From an uncultured Clostridia bacterium (GTDB lineage: Bacteria; Bacillota; Clostridia; TANB77; CAG-508): a stretch of 64,000 nucleotides of DNA. The position numbers and the translations under genes are program-made. The notes below the pieces were generated by a model, which had not been told where the DNA came from, searched no databases, and worked only from the letters and a program-made list of their open reading frames with translations. The DNA lies in the NCBI GenBank assembly GCA_934141475.1, contig CAKPCG010000006.1, positions 601 to 64,600 of the forward strand, read 5' to 3'. Positions within the stretch are counted from its first letter, which is position 1; each line of letters starts with the position of its first letter. Below, piece after piece: positions 10,365-19,877 of this stretch.

Positions 10365-11235
10365 CTATTTAAATTCATTTAATATCTCATTATAATTTGT
10401 AACCAAATTTGCTCCTTGTTTTATTAATTCATTTGTTCCAAAAGAATTTTCTGAATTTATGTTACCGAGGTATTACAAAAACTTCTTTTCCTTGTTCTAA
10501 CGCAAAATCTACAGTTATTAGTGTTCCACTTTTTTGCTTTGCTTCAATTACTAACACGCCTTTGGCAATTCCACTTATTATTCTATTTCTTGCTGGGAAA
10601 TTCATTTTTTCTGGTTTGGTTCCTATTGGATATTCTGAAATTATTGCACCATTTTTCTCTATAATTTTTTGTGCTAAATTGTAATTTTCTTTTGGATATA
10701 TTGTGTCTAAACCATTTCCAAGTACTGCTGTTGTTATACCATTTGCACATATTGCACCAAAATGGGCATAACTATCTATCCCTCTTGCTAGTCCACTTAC
10801 TATATTAATATTGTTTTTTGCTAATTTATAGCTAAATTCCTTTGCCATTTCTATTCCGTATTTAGTGCAGTCTCTACACCCTATTATTGCTATACTTTTT
10901 AGGTCAAATATTTTTTGGTTTCCTTTAATGTAAACACATATTGGTGGGTTGTAAGTGTTTTTTAGGTCTAGTGGATAGTTTTTATCTAAAATTGATATTA
11001 TTTCAATTTTGTTACATGTTATATATTTTAGATGATTTTTTGCAGTTTGTTTGTGTTTTACGTTTAGTATTTCTTGTATTATTTGATTATTTATTAGTTC
11101 GATTCCCTTTAAATCATTGTAACTTGCATTGAATATATTTTTGTTGTTTTTTAATCTTTTTATTAGATTTAAGTATCTTTTTACTCCTAGTTTTGGAATT
11201 AATGTTATCCATATTTTATAATATTTTTCTTCTAT
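10365..11235 (-). CDS. dprA: DNA-processing protein DprA/Smf, +1 break at CGG, no canonical start codon
   Basis: Motifs GLARGIDSYAH, FPARNRIISG and VIEAKQKSGTLIT. The 0-frame reads cct CGG taa (CGG at 10467-10465). The +1 frame gives GNINSENSFGTNELIKQGANLVTNYNEILNEFK* (stop at 10365-10367), restoring the family PGNI motif. The upstream frame is open to TAA at 11251-11253 with no ATG/GTG/TTG. RBS AAAGGAGAGG lies 5 nt before ATA at 11235. Confidence 0.8.
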
Positions 11236-11374
11236 GTTATCCTCTCCTTTTTATATGCAAAAAAGCAAAGAGAATAATTAAAAAATTATTCTCTTTGCCC
11301 CTTAAGCTTTGTATATAATAACATTTTTTTGGATATTTAGCAATATATTTATGCACATTTTTTTACTTATTCTA

Positions 11375-14300
11375 TTATAAATTTACATCTTTAAGCTTTC
11401 TAAATTTTATGTACATCACTGTTCCTACTAAAATAATTACAATTGTTATTAGTATAAACACTTTTTTAGAAAATCCTGTTTTAGGTAATATTTTATTATT
11501 AGACTTACTGTTGTCATTATTTGCTGATAGCTGTTCTTTATTTGTGCTGCTTGTGTCATTATTTTTTATTATTACACTATCATCGTCATATTCATCGTCG
11601 TCATCATCACTTTCTTCTGGTCTTACAGTTATATTAAATGTTGCTTTCTTTTCTTTATATATTACAGTAATTGTTTGTTCTCCTGTCTCTTCTGAATTGT
11701 AGCCTTGAATTGATACATCGTCTTCATCCATGTCTATTTCTTCAGATTCTCCATTTTCATATACTACCTTTATTTTTCCTCCTGTTACATCTAAGTCGTC
11801 GTCTATTTCATATATTAATTTTTCTGGGACCTTAGATATAATTATTTCTTCTACATCATTTTTTACTTTTACTTTATATGTTACAGTCTTTTTACCATAT
11901 GTAATTGTAATTGTTTGCTCTCCAAGTGTGTCTTTATCATATCCTGTTACCATATCTTCTGTTATGTCTATTTCTTTTGATGTCTTATCTTCATATATTA
12001 CTTTTAATTTTCCACCTTCTAAACTTAATTTTTCACCCTTTATATATATTGTTTTTGAAGGTATATTTTCAAGTTCAATTTCATCTACATTATTTTTTAC
12101 AGTTATTTTAAATGTTTCAGTATTTTTGCTATATGTAACTGTAATTGTTTGTTCTCCAAGTGTATCTTTATTATATCCTGTTATCATATCTTCTGTTATG
12201 CTTATATCTTTTGTTGTTTTGTCCTCGTATGTTACTGTTATTTCTCCCCCTGTTAAATCTAAGTCTTCACCTTTTATATATGTTGTCTTTGTAGGTTCAC
12301 TTTTTAATTTTATTCCAACTACTTCGTTTTTTACTACTATATTAAATGTTAATTTTTGCTCTGCATATGTTATAGTTATTAATTGCTCTCCTAATGTATC
12401 TTTGTTATAACCTGTTACCATATTTTCTGTTATATTTACATCATTTGTTGACCCATCTTCATATGTTACTGTTATTTCTCCTCCTGTTAAATCTAAGTCT
12501 TCACCTTTTATGTATGTTGTTTTGGTAGGCAAGCTTTTTATTTTTATTCCTGTTATATCATTTTTTACTGTTATTTTAAATGTTGTTGTATTTCCTTTTA
12601 ATGTTACAGTTAAAGTTTGTTCTCCTAGCATATTTTTGTCATATCCTGTTACCATATCTTCTGTTATTTCGGCATCTTTTGTTGTATCATCTTCATATAT
12701 AACAGTTATTATTCCACCTGATACATCAATTTTTTCACCTTTTATGTATGTTGTTTTAGTAGGTGCTTTCTTTACTTCGATTTTCTTTACGTCTTTTTCC
12801 AATACTTTTACATTACATGTAGCTTTTTTTGCTCCATCATCAGTTGTTACAGTTATTGTTGCGGTTCCTTCTGAAATAGCTGTTACCACACCATTATTTA
12901 CTGTTGCAACTTTTTCATTGCTACTACTCCATTTAACATTTTTGTTTGTTGCATTTTCTGGTAATATTGTTGCTGTTAAAGTTTGTGTTTTTCCTTCTTT
13001 TATTTCTAAATTTGTTTTGTCCAAATTTATTCCAGTTACAAATACTCCTGGTACTTTTATATCATATGTTATAGAATGCCCGTCGTGCTTAATTGTTATA
13101 GTAGAAGTTCCTGGACTTTTAGCAATTAGTTTACCATTTACAAATCTTATAACATTTTTATCTGATATACTGACATTTTTGTCATCTATTATGCTTTGAA
13201 CATTTTCCACTTTTTTCGATTGATATACTAACTGATAATTTACTTTTAGTTCTGTTCCTACAGTAATATTTTTGTTTTGGTCATCACTTCTAGATATTGA
13301 TTCAACAAAATCTAATGAACAAATATATTTCCACCAATTATTAAAATGTCCATCTTCATAATATCCTGTAACATGTGGAAATAGTGAAAGCCACCATCTT
13401 ACAAACATTCTATCTGAGCTCTTTTCTTCGTTTTTTCCTTGTAATTTATCTAGTTCTGTTTGATTCATCCATGCTGTATAATTTGTAAGTTCTTTTTTTC
13501 CTGTTAAGTTCGGATAATTTTTCCAATCTACCCATGTACTGTAAACACTCTTAGAATTTTCATAATCATATGAATCTTCCGCATTTGGTGGTAAATGGAC
13601 ATTTCCTACTCCTGCATAATCTCCAGTACAATTGAATTTACTTAATGAAAATTTTTCCCATAAATTTAATTTTTCATATTGCTCATCTGTTGTTACATCA
13701 TATCCGTCTTTGGTATAGTCTTTTTGTTCACCTGTATTTATATTAAATGCTCTTCTTACAACATTTTCAAATGCGTGACCCAAAGCATGCAGACTTGAGT
13801 CTCTCCTAGAAAAAGTAGGACTAAATATTATAAAATTAGGGCAATCTTTTTCTAACACCCCTCCATTTACAAAATATGGCGTTCTTCCAACCATCATGTC
13901 TTCATAAGCATCTGATGGATCTAATGAACATAACCACACTTGATCAAATTCTCCCGCATTTCTCTTGTTTACTAAATCATATTTTTCTAATAAATACTCA
14001 TAATCATATGTAAAACCTGTAGGGCTATATTTTCCTGAATATTCTTTATTCATAGCAAAATTATACCAGTCTCCCTTGTTGCTATTGTCTTTACTCCTAC
14101 TTCTTTCGATATATGTATTTTCATCAAAACTTTTTGCAGTTGTTGTATCATTTAAGTAAAATTCCTTTGTGTATTTTGGAAATTCATTTAATCTTTCTGT
14201 TTTTACTATATTAACGTCTAAATATCCGTGTGAAGAATATTCTAAATCTTCAACTAACTCATCTACCAGTGCTGTTTCACTCTGCCCAAACCAGTCTGTT

Positions 14301-14593
14301 ACCTTTGGATGATATCCATCATTATTAGGATATAAATTTTGATCTGTTATTGAATATAATGTTGGATTGATATTTATTACATATACCTTTAGTTCTTGTT
14401 TTTCTCTATTTCCATCTTCTTCTAAATTTGCATTACTAACTCTTAAAACCGAATCAGATTTAGAGTTATCTACTTTTGCATTTTGACTTGTATAATCGCT
14501 TGTTTTCGAGCTATTATATATACTAATTGCAAGTAATCCAATTATAAGAAAACTTAATAGTACCGAAACTATTATTATAATCTTTTTTCTCAT
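11375..14593 (-). CDS. LPXTG-anchored surface protein with Big_2 and six Ig-like repeats
   Basis: Start MRKKIIIIV at 14593 after AAGGAGG. Signal/TM, a ~480-aa uncharacterised N-terminal domain, one Big_2-like domain, six ~83-aa repeats (KTTYIKGEDLDLTGGEITVTYEDG...), an acidic stretch, then LPKTG + TM + basic tail. Confidence 0.8.
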   Translation of the reverse strand: MRKKIIIIVSVLLSFLIIGLLAISIYNSSKTSDYTSQNAKVDNSKSDSVLRVSNANLEEDGNREKQELKVYVININPTLYSITDQNLYPNNDGYHPKVTDWFGQSETALVDELVEDLEYSSHGYLDVNIVKTERLNEFPKYTKEFYLNDTTTAKSFDENTYIERSRSKDNSNKGDWYNFAMNKEYSGKYSPTGFTYDYEYLLEKYDLVNKRNAGEFDQVWLCSLDPSDAYEDMMVGRTPYFVNGGVLEKDCPNFIIFSPTFSRRDSSLHALGHAFENVVRRAFNINTGEQKDYTKDGYDVTTDEQYEKLNLWEKFSLSKFNCTGDYAGVGNVHLPPNAEDSYDYENSKSVYSTWVDWKNYPNLTGKKELTNYTAWMNQTELDKLQGKNEEKSSDRMFVRWWLSLFPHVTGYYEDGHFNNWWKYICSLDFVESISRSDDQNKNITVGTELKVNYQLVYQSKKVENVQSIIDDKNVSISDKNVIRFVNGKLIAKSPGTSTITIKHDGHSITYDIKVPGVFVTGINLDKTNLEIKEGKTQTLTATILPENATNKNVKWSSSNEKVATVNNGVVTAISEGTATITVTTDDGAKKATCNVKVLEKDVKKIEVKKAPTKTTYIKGEKIDVSGGIITVIYEDDTTKDAEITEDMVTGYDKNMLGEQTLTVTLKGNTTTFKITVKNDITGIKIKSLPTKTTYIKGEDLDLTGGEITVTYEDGSTNDVNITENMVTGYNKDTLGEQLITITYAEQKLTFNIVVKNEVVGIKLKSEPTKTTYIKGEDLDLTGGEITVTYEDKTTKDISITEDMITGYNKDTLGEQTITVTYSKNTETFKITVKNNVDEIELENIPSKTIYIKGEKLSLEGGKLKVIYEDKTSKEIDITEDMVTGYDKDTLGEQTITITYGKKTVTYKVKVKNDVEEIIISKVPEKLIYEIDDDLDVTGGKIKVVYENGESEEIDMDEDDVSIQGYNSEETGEQTITVIYKEKKATFNITVRPEESDDDDDEYDDDSVIIKNNDTSSTNKEQLSANNDNSKSNNKILPKTGFSKKVFILITIVIILVGTVMYIKFRKLKDVNL

Positions 14594-14737
14594 ATACATC
14601 CTCCTTATTTTTCTATGTAAAATTTTATCATATATTAGTTTTTCATTCAATTATATTTTTATTACATTTTTGTTACACTTTATATTTTTAACTATTTTAT
14701 TACTTAAAAAAAATAACAAAAATTAAAGATAAAAAAA

Positions 14738-14775
14738 CTTGTAATCTAGTTATTTCTAGTTTACAAGCTTTTTTA
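14738..14775. terminator. bidirectional rho-independent terminator downstream of cwlD
   Basis: Hairpin cttgtaa...ttacaag (14738-14767), flanked by an A-run upstream and a T-run downstream. Confidence 0.6.
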
Positions 14776-14795
14776 TATAATTATAAATTTAAGCA

Positions 14796-15350
14796 TTATT
14801 GATAAAAATAGTCTATAATTCCATTATAAATTCCCCACGCTAATTTGTTTTGGTATTCGTCTTCAAGTAATAATTTTTCCTCATCTGGATTTGATAAAAA
14901 ACCACATTCTACTATTGTTGTTGGAATTTCGACATGTTTTATTATATATATATTCTCAATACTTTTTGCTATTCTACTATTTTCTTTTTGTATAGCATTA
15001 TTTAAGTTATTTTGTATCGAAACTGCCAGTCTTTGCCCTTCTTGGCTTTTTTCGTTATAAAATGTTTGCCATCCATCATACTGACTTTGTGGAATCTTAT
15101 TTAGATGTATTGATACAAATATATCTGCCGAGCTCTCATTTCCTATTTTTACTCTATTTCTAATGTCTGACACTTTTTTTTGCTTTAAGGTTTTACTGTC
15201 TAAGTCATATATAGCATTTTCATCTGAACGAGTAAGTATTACTGTTGAACCACTTTGTTCTAGCAAATTTTGAAGTTTTAGTGCTATTTTTAAGTTTGTT
15301 TGTGCTTCTGTTGTTCCATTACTACTTTCTGCTCCCTCATCTGGCACACC
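14796..15350 (-). CDS. cwlD: germination-specific N-acetylmuramoyl-L-alanine amidase CwlD, 3' segment of a split gene
   Basis: GVPDEGAESSNGTTEAQTNLKIALKL...VSIHLNKIPQSQYDGWQTFY...VECGFLSNPDEEKLL matches CwlD from just after the GH of the DxGHG motif. There is no start codon of its own. The 5' segment is at 24753..24917. Confidence 0.85.
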   Translation of the reverse strand, partial: GVPDEGAESSNGTTEAQTNLKIALKLQNLLEQSGSTVILTRSDENAIYDLDSKTLKQKKVSDIRNRVKIGNESSADIFVSIHLNKIPQSQYDGWQTFYNEKSQEGQRLAVSIQNNLNNAIQKENSRIAKSIENIYIIKHVEIPTTIVECGFLSNPDEEKLLLEDEYQNKLAWGIYNGIIDYFYQ

Positions 15351-15375
15351 ATGTCCGAGTATCTTCTTAACAAGG
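15351..15375. repeat. element end (att half-site) next to the cwlD 3' segment
   Basis: atgtccgagtatCTTCTTAACAAGG. The last 13 bp are the perfect inverted repeat of CCTTGTTAAGAAG at 24732-24744. Confidence 0.8.
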
Positions 15376-15378
15376 AGA

Positions 15379-16992
15379 TTATACTAATTTTATAATGTTC
15401 AATTCAATGTCAATATCTCTAGTATTAGTATCTGGGTCAAGTTTTCCTATCCAGACTTTATCAATAAACTCATCTACTATTTCTTTATTAAGTTTATCTA
15501 TATGTCTATACTTTTTAAATATTGCCTCACTGTTTTGAACATTATCTTCAATTTGTTCGACTTTTTTCAATTCTTCTTCTATTATACTTATTCTGCTTTT
15601 GTAATCTTCAATTTCTTTTAAAAATTTTTTTCTGAACATCATAAATTCTTTTGAAGAAATAATTCCTTCAATTTTATCTTCATATAATGTTTTATAATGT
15701 TCATTTTTCCTGTCTATTTTGCTTTGCAAATATTGTTTTTCTATTCTTAAACTTCCAATCCTTGTATATGTAGATTTATCTAATTTTCTTTTTTGAAGTT
15801 CATATTGTCTTTCCAACTTATTTAAACTGTAATACTTATCTAATTGTTTATTCAATTCGTCTAATATTATTTGTTCTAAAACATCACATCTAATTGACCT
15901 ATCATTTATACATTCTTCTTTTTTTATTCTTCTACCTTTACATTTTAAATATGCTGTTTTACCATCTTTTGTTTTATATAATTGCCTATTGAATACTCTT
16001 TTACATTCTTTACAATATGTTTTTCTACTTAACATATATGCTTCTCCTGTTGTTCTACAAACTCTGGCTCTTTCATCAAATCTTTTATGAATACAATTCC
16101 ATGTTTCCATATCAATTATTGGTTCGTGTGTTCCATAGCTATAAGTCCATTCTTCTTTTGGTTTCTTTATGCACTTATGATTTTTATAACTAACATAAGT
16201 CTTTTTTCCTTGAACTAAATTTCCTATATAAACTTCATTCTTTAATATAGTACAAATAGTATCCATAGTCCATTTTGTATGTTCTACTCCATTTTTCGCT
16301 TGTCTGCATTGGTATCTACTTCCATTTTGTTTTTTATAATTACTCGGTGTTAGTACACCCTTATCATTTAGATACCCTGCTATTCTGTGATAACCATATC
16401 CTTTCTTTGATAATTCAAATATCTCTTTTACTACTTCACTCGCAACTGGATCAATTAGTAATTTATTTTTATTATTAGGGTCTTTTATATAACCATAAGG
16501 TGCAAATGAGCCTAAAAATAATCCATCATCTCTCCTATTTTGAAGTGAACTTCTAATATTATCTGATAAATCTTCCAAATACCATTCATTTATCAAACCA
16601 TTTATTTGTCTTGCTTTTTTATTGCCTCTAACTTGTGTATCTGCATTATCTACTATACTAACAAAGCGAACTCCCCATTCTATAAATTTATTATGGATAT
16701 ATTTTTCTATAACTTCCATATCTCTTGAAAATCTTGATTGTGTTTTACAAAGTACAATATCAATTTCTCCGTTTTCACAATCTTTTAAAAGTTCGTTAAA
16801 TTTAGGTCTATTTATATCTGCACCAGAATAATCATCATCACTATATACATTGATTACTTCCCAATTTTTATTAAGTGCATATTTCAATAGCATACTTTTT
16901 TGATTAGCAATAGATTCACTATCATCACTTTTATCTTTCTTGAATCTATCTTCATCAGATAATCTACAATATATGCCAACTCTATTCCCCAT
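15379..16992 (-). CDS. large serine recombinase
   Basis: Start MGNRVGIYCRLSDED after AAAGGAGGG. Resolvase catalytic domain (RLSD...SRFSRD), recombinase domain, Cys-rich zinc ribbon (CKECKRVF...LKCKGRR) and C-terminal coiled coil. 537 aa, intact. Confidence 0.9.
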   Translation of the reverse strand: MGNRVGIYCRLSDEDRFKKDKSDDSESIANQKSMLLKYALNKNWEVINVYSDDDYSGADINRPKFNELLKDCENGEIDIVLCKTQSRFSRDMEVIEKYIHNKFIEWGVRFVSIVDNADTQVRGNKKARQINGLINEWYLEDLSDNIRSSLQNRRDDGLFLGSFAPYGYIKDPNNKNKLLIDPVASEVVKEIFELSKKGYGYHRIAGYLNDKGVLTPSNYKKQNGSRYQCRQAKNGVEHTKWTMDTICTILKNEVYIGNLVQGKKTYVSYKNHKCIKKPKEEWTYSYGTHEPIIDMETWNCIHKRFDERARVCRTTGEAYMLSRKTYCKECKRVFNRQLYKTKDGKTAYLKCKGRRIKKEECINDRSIRCDVLEQIILDELNKQLDKYYSLNKLERQYELQKRKLDKSTYTRIGSLRIEKQYLQSKIDRKNEHYKTLYEDKIEGIISSKEFMMFRKKFLKEIEDYKSRISIIEEELKKVEQIEDNVQNSEAIFKKYRHIDKLNKEIVDEFIDKVWIGKLDPDTNTRDIDIELNIIKLV

Positions 16993-17060
16993 AAGAGTTC
17001 CCTCCTTTCGTACAGAATAATACATAATAATTTATTATATTTGAAATGTGCTATTTACTT

Positions 17061-17216
17061 TATTCATACATTTGACATCCATGAGAGTCATCACTTTTTT
17101 CAAAGGAAATTATAAGTTTTAATAGTTTTGAATTGAAAATATCACTTAATTCTTCCTCATTTGTAGTATTTGCCTTTATTATTGTTTTCACATTATATGT
17201 AATTCCATCATTCACA
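17061..17216 (-). CDS. small ORF upstream of the recombinase (possible directionality factor)
   Basis: GTG start 9 nt after GAGGAGG; 51 aa (NDGITYNVKTIIKANTTNEEELSDIF...). Position only, no family recognised. Confidence 0.25.
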
Positions 17217-17259
17217 TTTCAATACCTCCTCAACTAATGTATATGAAAAATTTTTAAAA

Positions 17260-17667
17260 TTAACCCTCATTTTTTAAATCCAGGAAAAAATTTGTGAGTA
17301 TTATTTCTGTCTCTTGCATTGTCTTTCTTGGATGATGTGAATGTATTTCTGATAAAAATTCTTTTACTATTTTTTCGCTAGTTATTTGAATTTCTCTATT
17401 TATCAATACATAAAATATGCAAATTGCATAAGCTACAAAATCATCTGCTGACAAAACCCAAGAGAAATGTATTCTTTTCAGTAGGTTTGTATCTAGTCCT
17501 GTTATTTCTGTTGCATTTATATTTTCTTTTGCGACTTCCAATATATCTTTCAAAATATCTCCAAGTCCATTTTGTGCTTTATCTTGTTCATATCTTTTAT
17601 AACCTAAAATATAATAGACAACTGCCTCTTCTATTAAATATTCTTTATTTCTTATATCTTTTTTCAT
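17260..17667 (-). CDS. hypothetical protein (element-encoded)
   Basis: 135-aa ORF, same strand as the recombinase, no recognised motif. Confidence 0.45.
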   Translation of the reverse strand: MKKDIRNKEYLIEEAVVYYILGYKRYEQDKAQNGLGDILKDILEVAKENINATEITGLDTNLLKRIHFSWVLSADDFVAYAICIFYVLINREIQITSEKIVKEFLSEIHSHHPRKTMQETEIILTNFFLDLKNEG

Positions 17668-17765
17668 CTAAAAATCCTCCTAACATAAAAACAAGCCCTA
17701 TCTGGACTTGTCGTTTCTTTCTTTTAACTTTTTTTGTTCTTTTGTGTATTCTGGGTATCTTATTT

Positions 17766-18030
17766 TTACTGCCTCATAAAAATATGGTGCATAACTACAT
17801 CTGTTTTTCCATATTTCTGTAATACTAAATTCTTTTCTTCCCAAAATAATTTGTGTTCTTTATCTATAAATTCCATACTCGCTCCTTTCTAGTTCGTCTA
17901 ACCATATTTCAAATTCTTTGTAAGTTTTTTTACCATTTACTATATCTTCTAAAAATTTTCGTGTTGTAATTTTACATACTTGATAACTTTTCCTGTAATA
18001 TGAATTATTTGGGTGTCTTTTTACTAACAT
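17766..18030 (-). pseudogene. two short overlapping ORFs, probable remnants of element genes
   Basis: ORFs 18030-17860 (MLVKRHPNNSYYRKSYQVCKITTRKFLEDIVNGKKTYKEFEIWLDELERSEYGIYR) and 17876-17766 (MEFIDKEHKLFWEEKNLVLQKYGKTDVVMHHIFMRQ). Each has an RBS, but they are very short. Confidence 0.3.
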
Positions 18031-18472
18031 TCCTTTTCTGTATGTTAATAATCTCTGGAAAAAGTTTGAAACAATTATGATATTAAAATGCCCTTTATAT
18101 TCCAGAGATTTTTTATTTTTATATTATTTCTTAATAATTCATTAGACAGATGTTAGCAAAACATCTTCATAGGAATTTCACCTGCCAGAACTCTGACTTG
18201 TATTCATTGCGTGGGACGGTTTTATCTCGCTCGTTCTATGACTATACAAAAGTTTCTCCCCCTATAATTACTTATCTTCGCCTTATTAGGTGCTAACTAA
18301 TATTTAAGTATTAGCAATATTTTATATTACTTTACTAGCTCAAATAATCAAGGGCTGTATCTAATGAATTTGATATTCAATTTTCAATGTGCCTTTTATC
18401 TCTTTTTTAAAGAAAAACAAGTAAGAGATTTTACCCTCTCACTTGTTTCCTACTTTTACCCCTTATTTGTTG

Positions 18473-18973
18473 CTAGTGAATTAAAAAATTTTCCAATTTT
18501 TTTTGTAATTTTTTTATTCCTGCCTCTACACTTCGCTTTACAACTGACCTATGGACTTTTTCCATTTTTGAAATTTTTGAATATGTAAAGCCATCAACCA
18601 CATACATATATACTCTATGATTTTGTAGCTCTGGCAAATTCCATATTTCCCTTATAATTGTTGTTACAACTTCATTCTCAATTACTTGGTCTTCTATACT
18701 TGGACTTTTATATTTTGCTCTTTTGTTCAATGTATTTTCATTTAATACTGAATGTTCTATGTACTTGTCATATTTATTCTGTTGCGACTTGTCCTCATTT
18801 TTAGCTTTACGAAAAGCTATTTTTATATTACTTTCTACTCTTGTAAATTTTCTTTTGCCCATTACATCTTTAAAAGTTGCAATATGTTTTGTTTCATTTT
18901 CATTACTAAAAACTATATAAGATTCAAGATTTTCTCTTTTTATCTTGTATTCTTTTTTCATACCTTTCTCCAT
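18473..18973 (-). CDS. sigma-70 region-4-like HTH protein (ICE/transposon regulatory type)
   Basis: The C-terminal part (LPELQNHRVYMYVVDGFTYSKISKMEKVHRSVVKRSVEAGIKKLQKKL) resembles sigma region 4. Followed by a hairpin plus T-run at ~18414-18452. Confidence 0.55.
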   Translation of the reverse strand: MEKGMKKEYKIKRENLESYIVFSNENETKHIATFKDVMGKRKFTRVESNIKIAFRKAKNEDKSQQNKYDKYIEHSVLNENTLNKRAKYKSPSIEDQVIENEVVTTIIREIWNLPELQNHRVYMYVVDGFTYSKISKMEKVHRSVVKRSVEAGIKKLQKKLENFLIH

Positions 18974-19173
18974 TCGATTTGTTTTTGTTCAAATCGAATA
19001 GAGGTGGTCTTCATTTGGTAGTTTATAGTGCGAGTATTTCTATTTGAATCATTTTAATTAAAACGCAAAAAGGCATACTTGTAACTTTATCTAAAAATTA
19101 CAGTATGTCTTATTTAATCTCATTTTAATTAAACCTAAATAATCCATCTTTTCCTACTATTTTCTAAATACTT

Positions 19174-19368
19174 TCATTTGGTTTTTTCCTCATTTACATC
19201 GTGTTCAAAAGAACTCAAATACCTTTCCCATTCTACTAAATTTGCATTTTTATCTTTTAGATAATATTCATCAAGTTGTTTTCTCTGTTTTCCAAATTTT
19301 TTTATATCTTTTTTTGTAAATTCTAACAAATCAATAGTTTTACTTCTTTATAAATCAATACACAACAT
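19174..19368 (-). pseudogene. small element gene with in-frame TAA at codon 7
   Basis: AGGAGG + ATG at 19368; MLCIDL*RSKTIDLLEFTKKDIKKFGKQRKQLDEYYLKDKNANLVEWERYLSSFEHDVNEEKTK*. The TAA is at 19348-19350. Confidence 0.5.
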
Positions 19369-19877
19369 ATTTACCTCCTGTATCTTCTTTTTATCTATTG
19401 TACTACATTATTTTTACTTATTTTGTCGAAAATTGTAATATAAATAAACAGAATAAGTATTTGTTTACTGTTTCAAAATATTGTTCATATATTTGTTCCA
19501 GATCCTGCATAACTTTTATCATCCTTTGCTTATATGACGACTGAAATTGCAATTTGTTACAACTTTATACTAAACATTTAAAAATTTCTACTCAATAATA
19601 TAATTTTATTATGACTTTCTGTAAAACAGTTACTGTTCACAGCTTATAAATATCTTTATTTATCAAGGATTTTATAAGTATAAAATGAAAAATAGCTCGT
19701 TTCAGTGCTTTCTTTTATAAATGAATTTTTATCAAATTCTTGAACTACTTGTAAATACTAACTTTTTTGTTTGAAATCGGCTGTGAATTGTAACGGAATT
19801 TCTAAAAACCTTGTTACTGTATAATATTTTCTTTTTGTATAATAGCTTAACTGTATCACTATAGATAAATCAATTAA

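Noticed and set aside
11409-13199. Plus-strand ORFs 11409..11702, 11730..12410, 11911..12111 and 12510..13199
   Set aside because: They are antisense shadows of the repeat region of the LPXTG protein. They have hydrophobic low-complexity translations and are periodic because the sense strand is repetitive.
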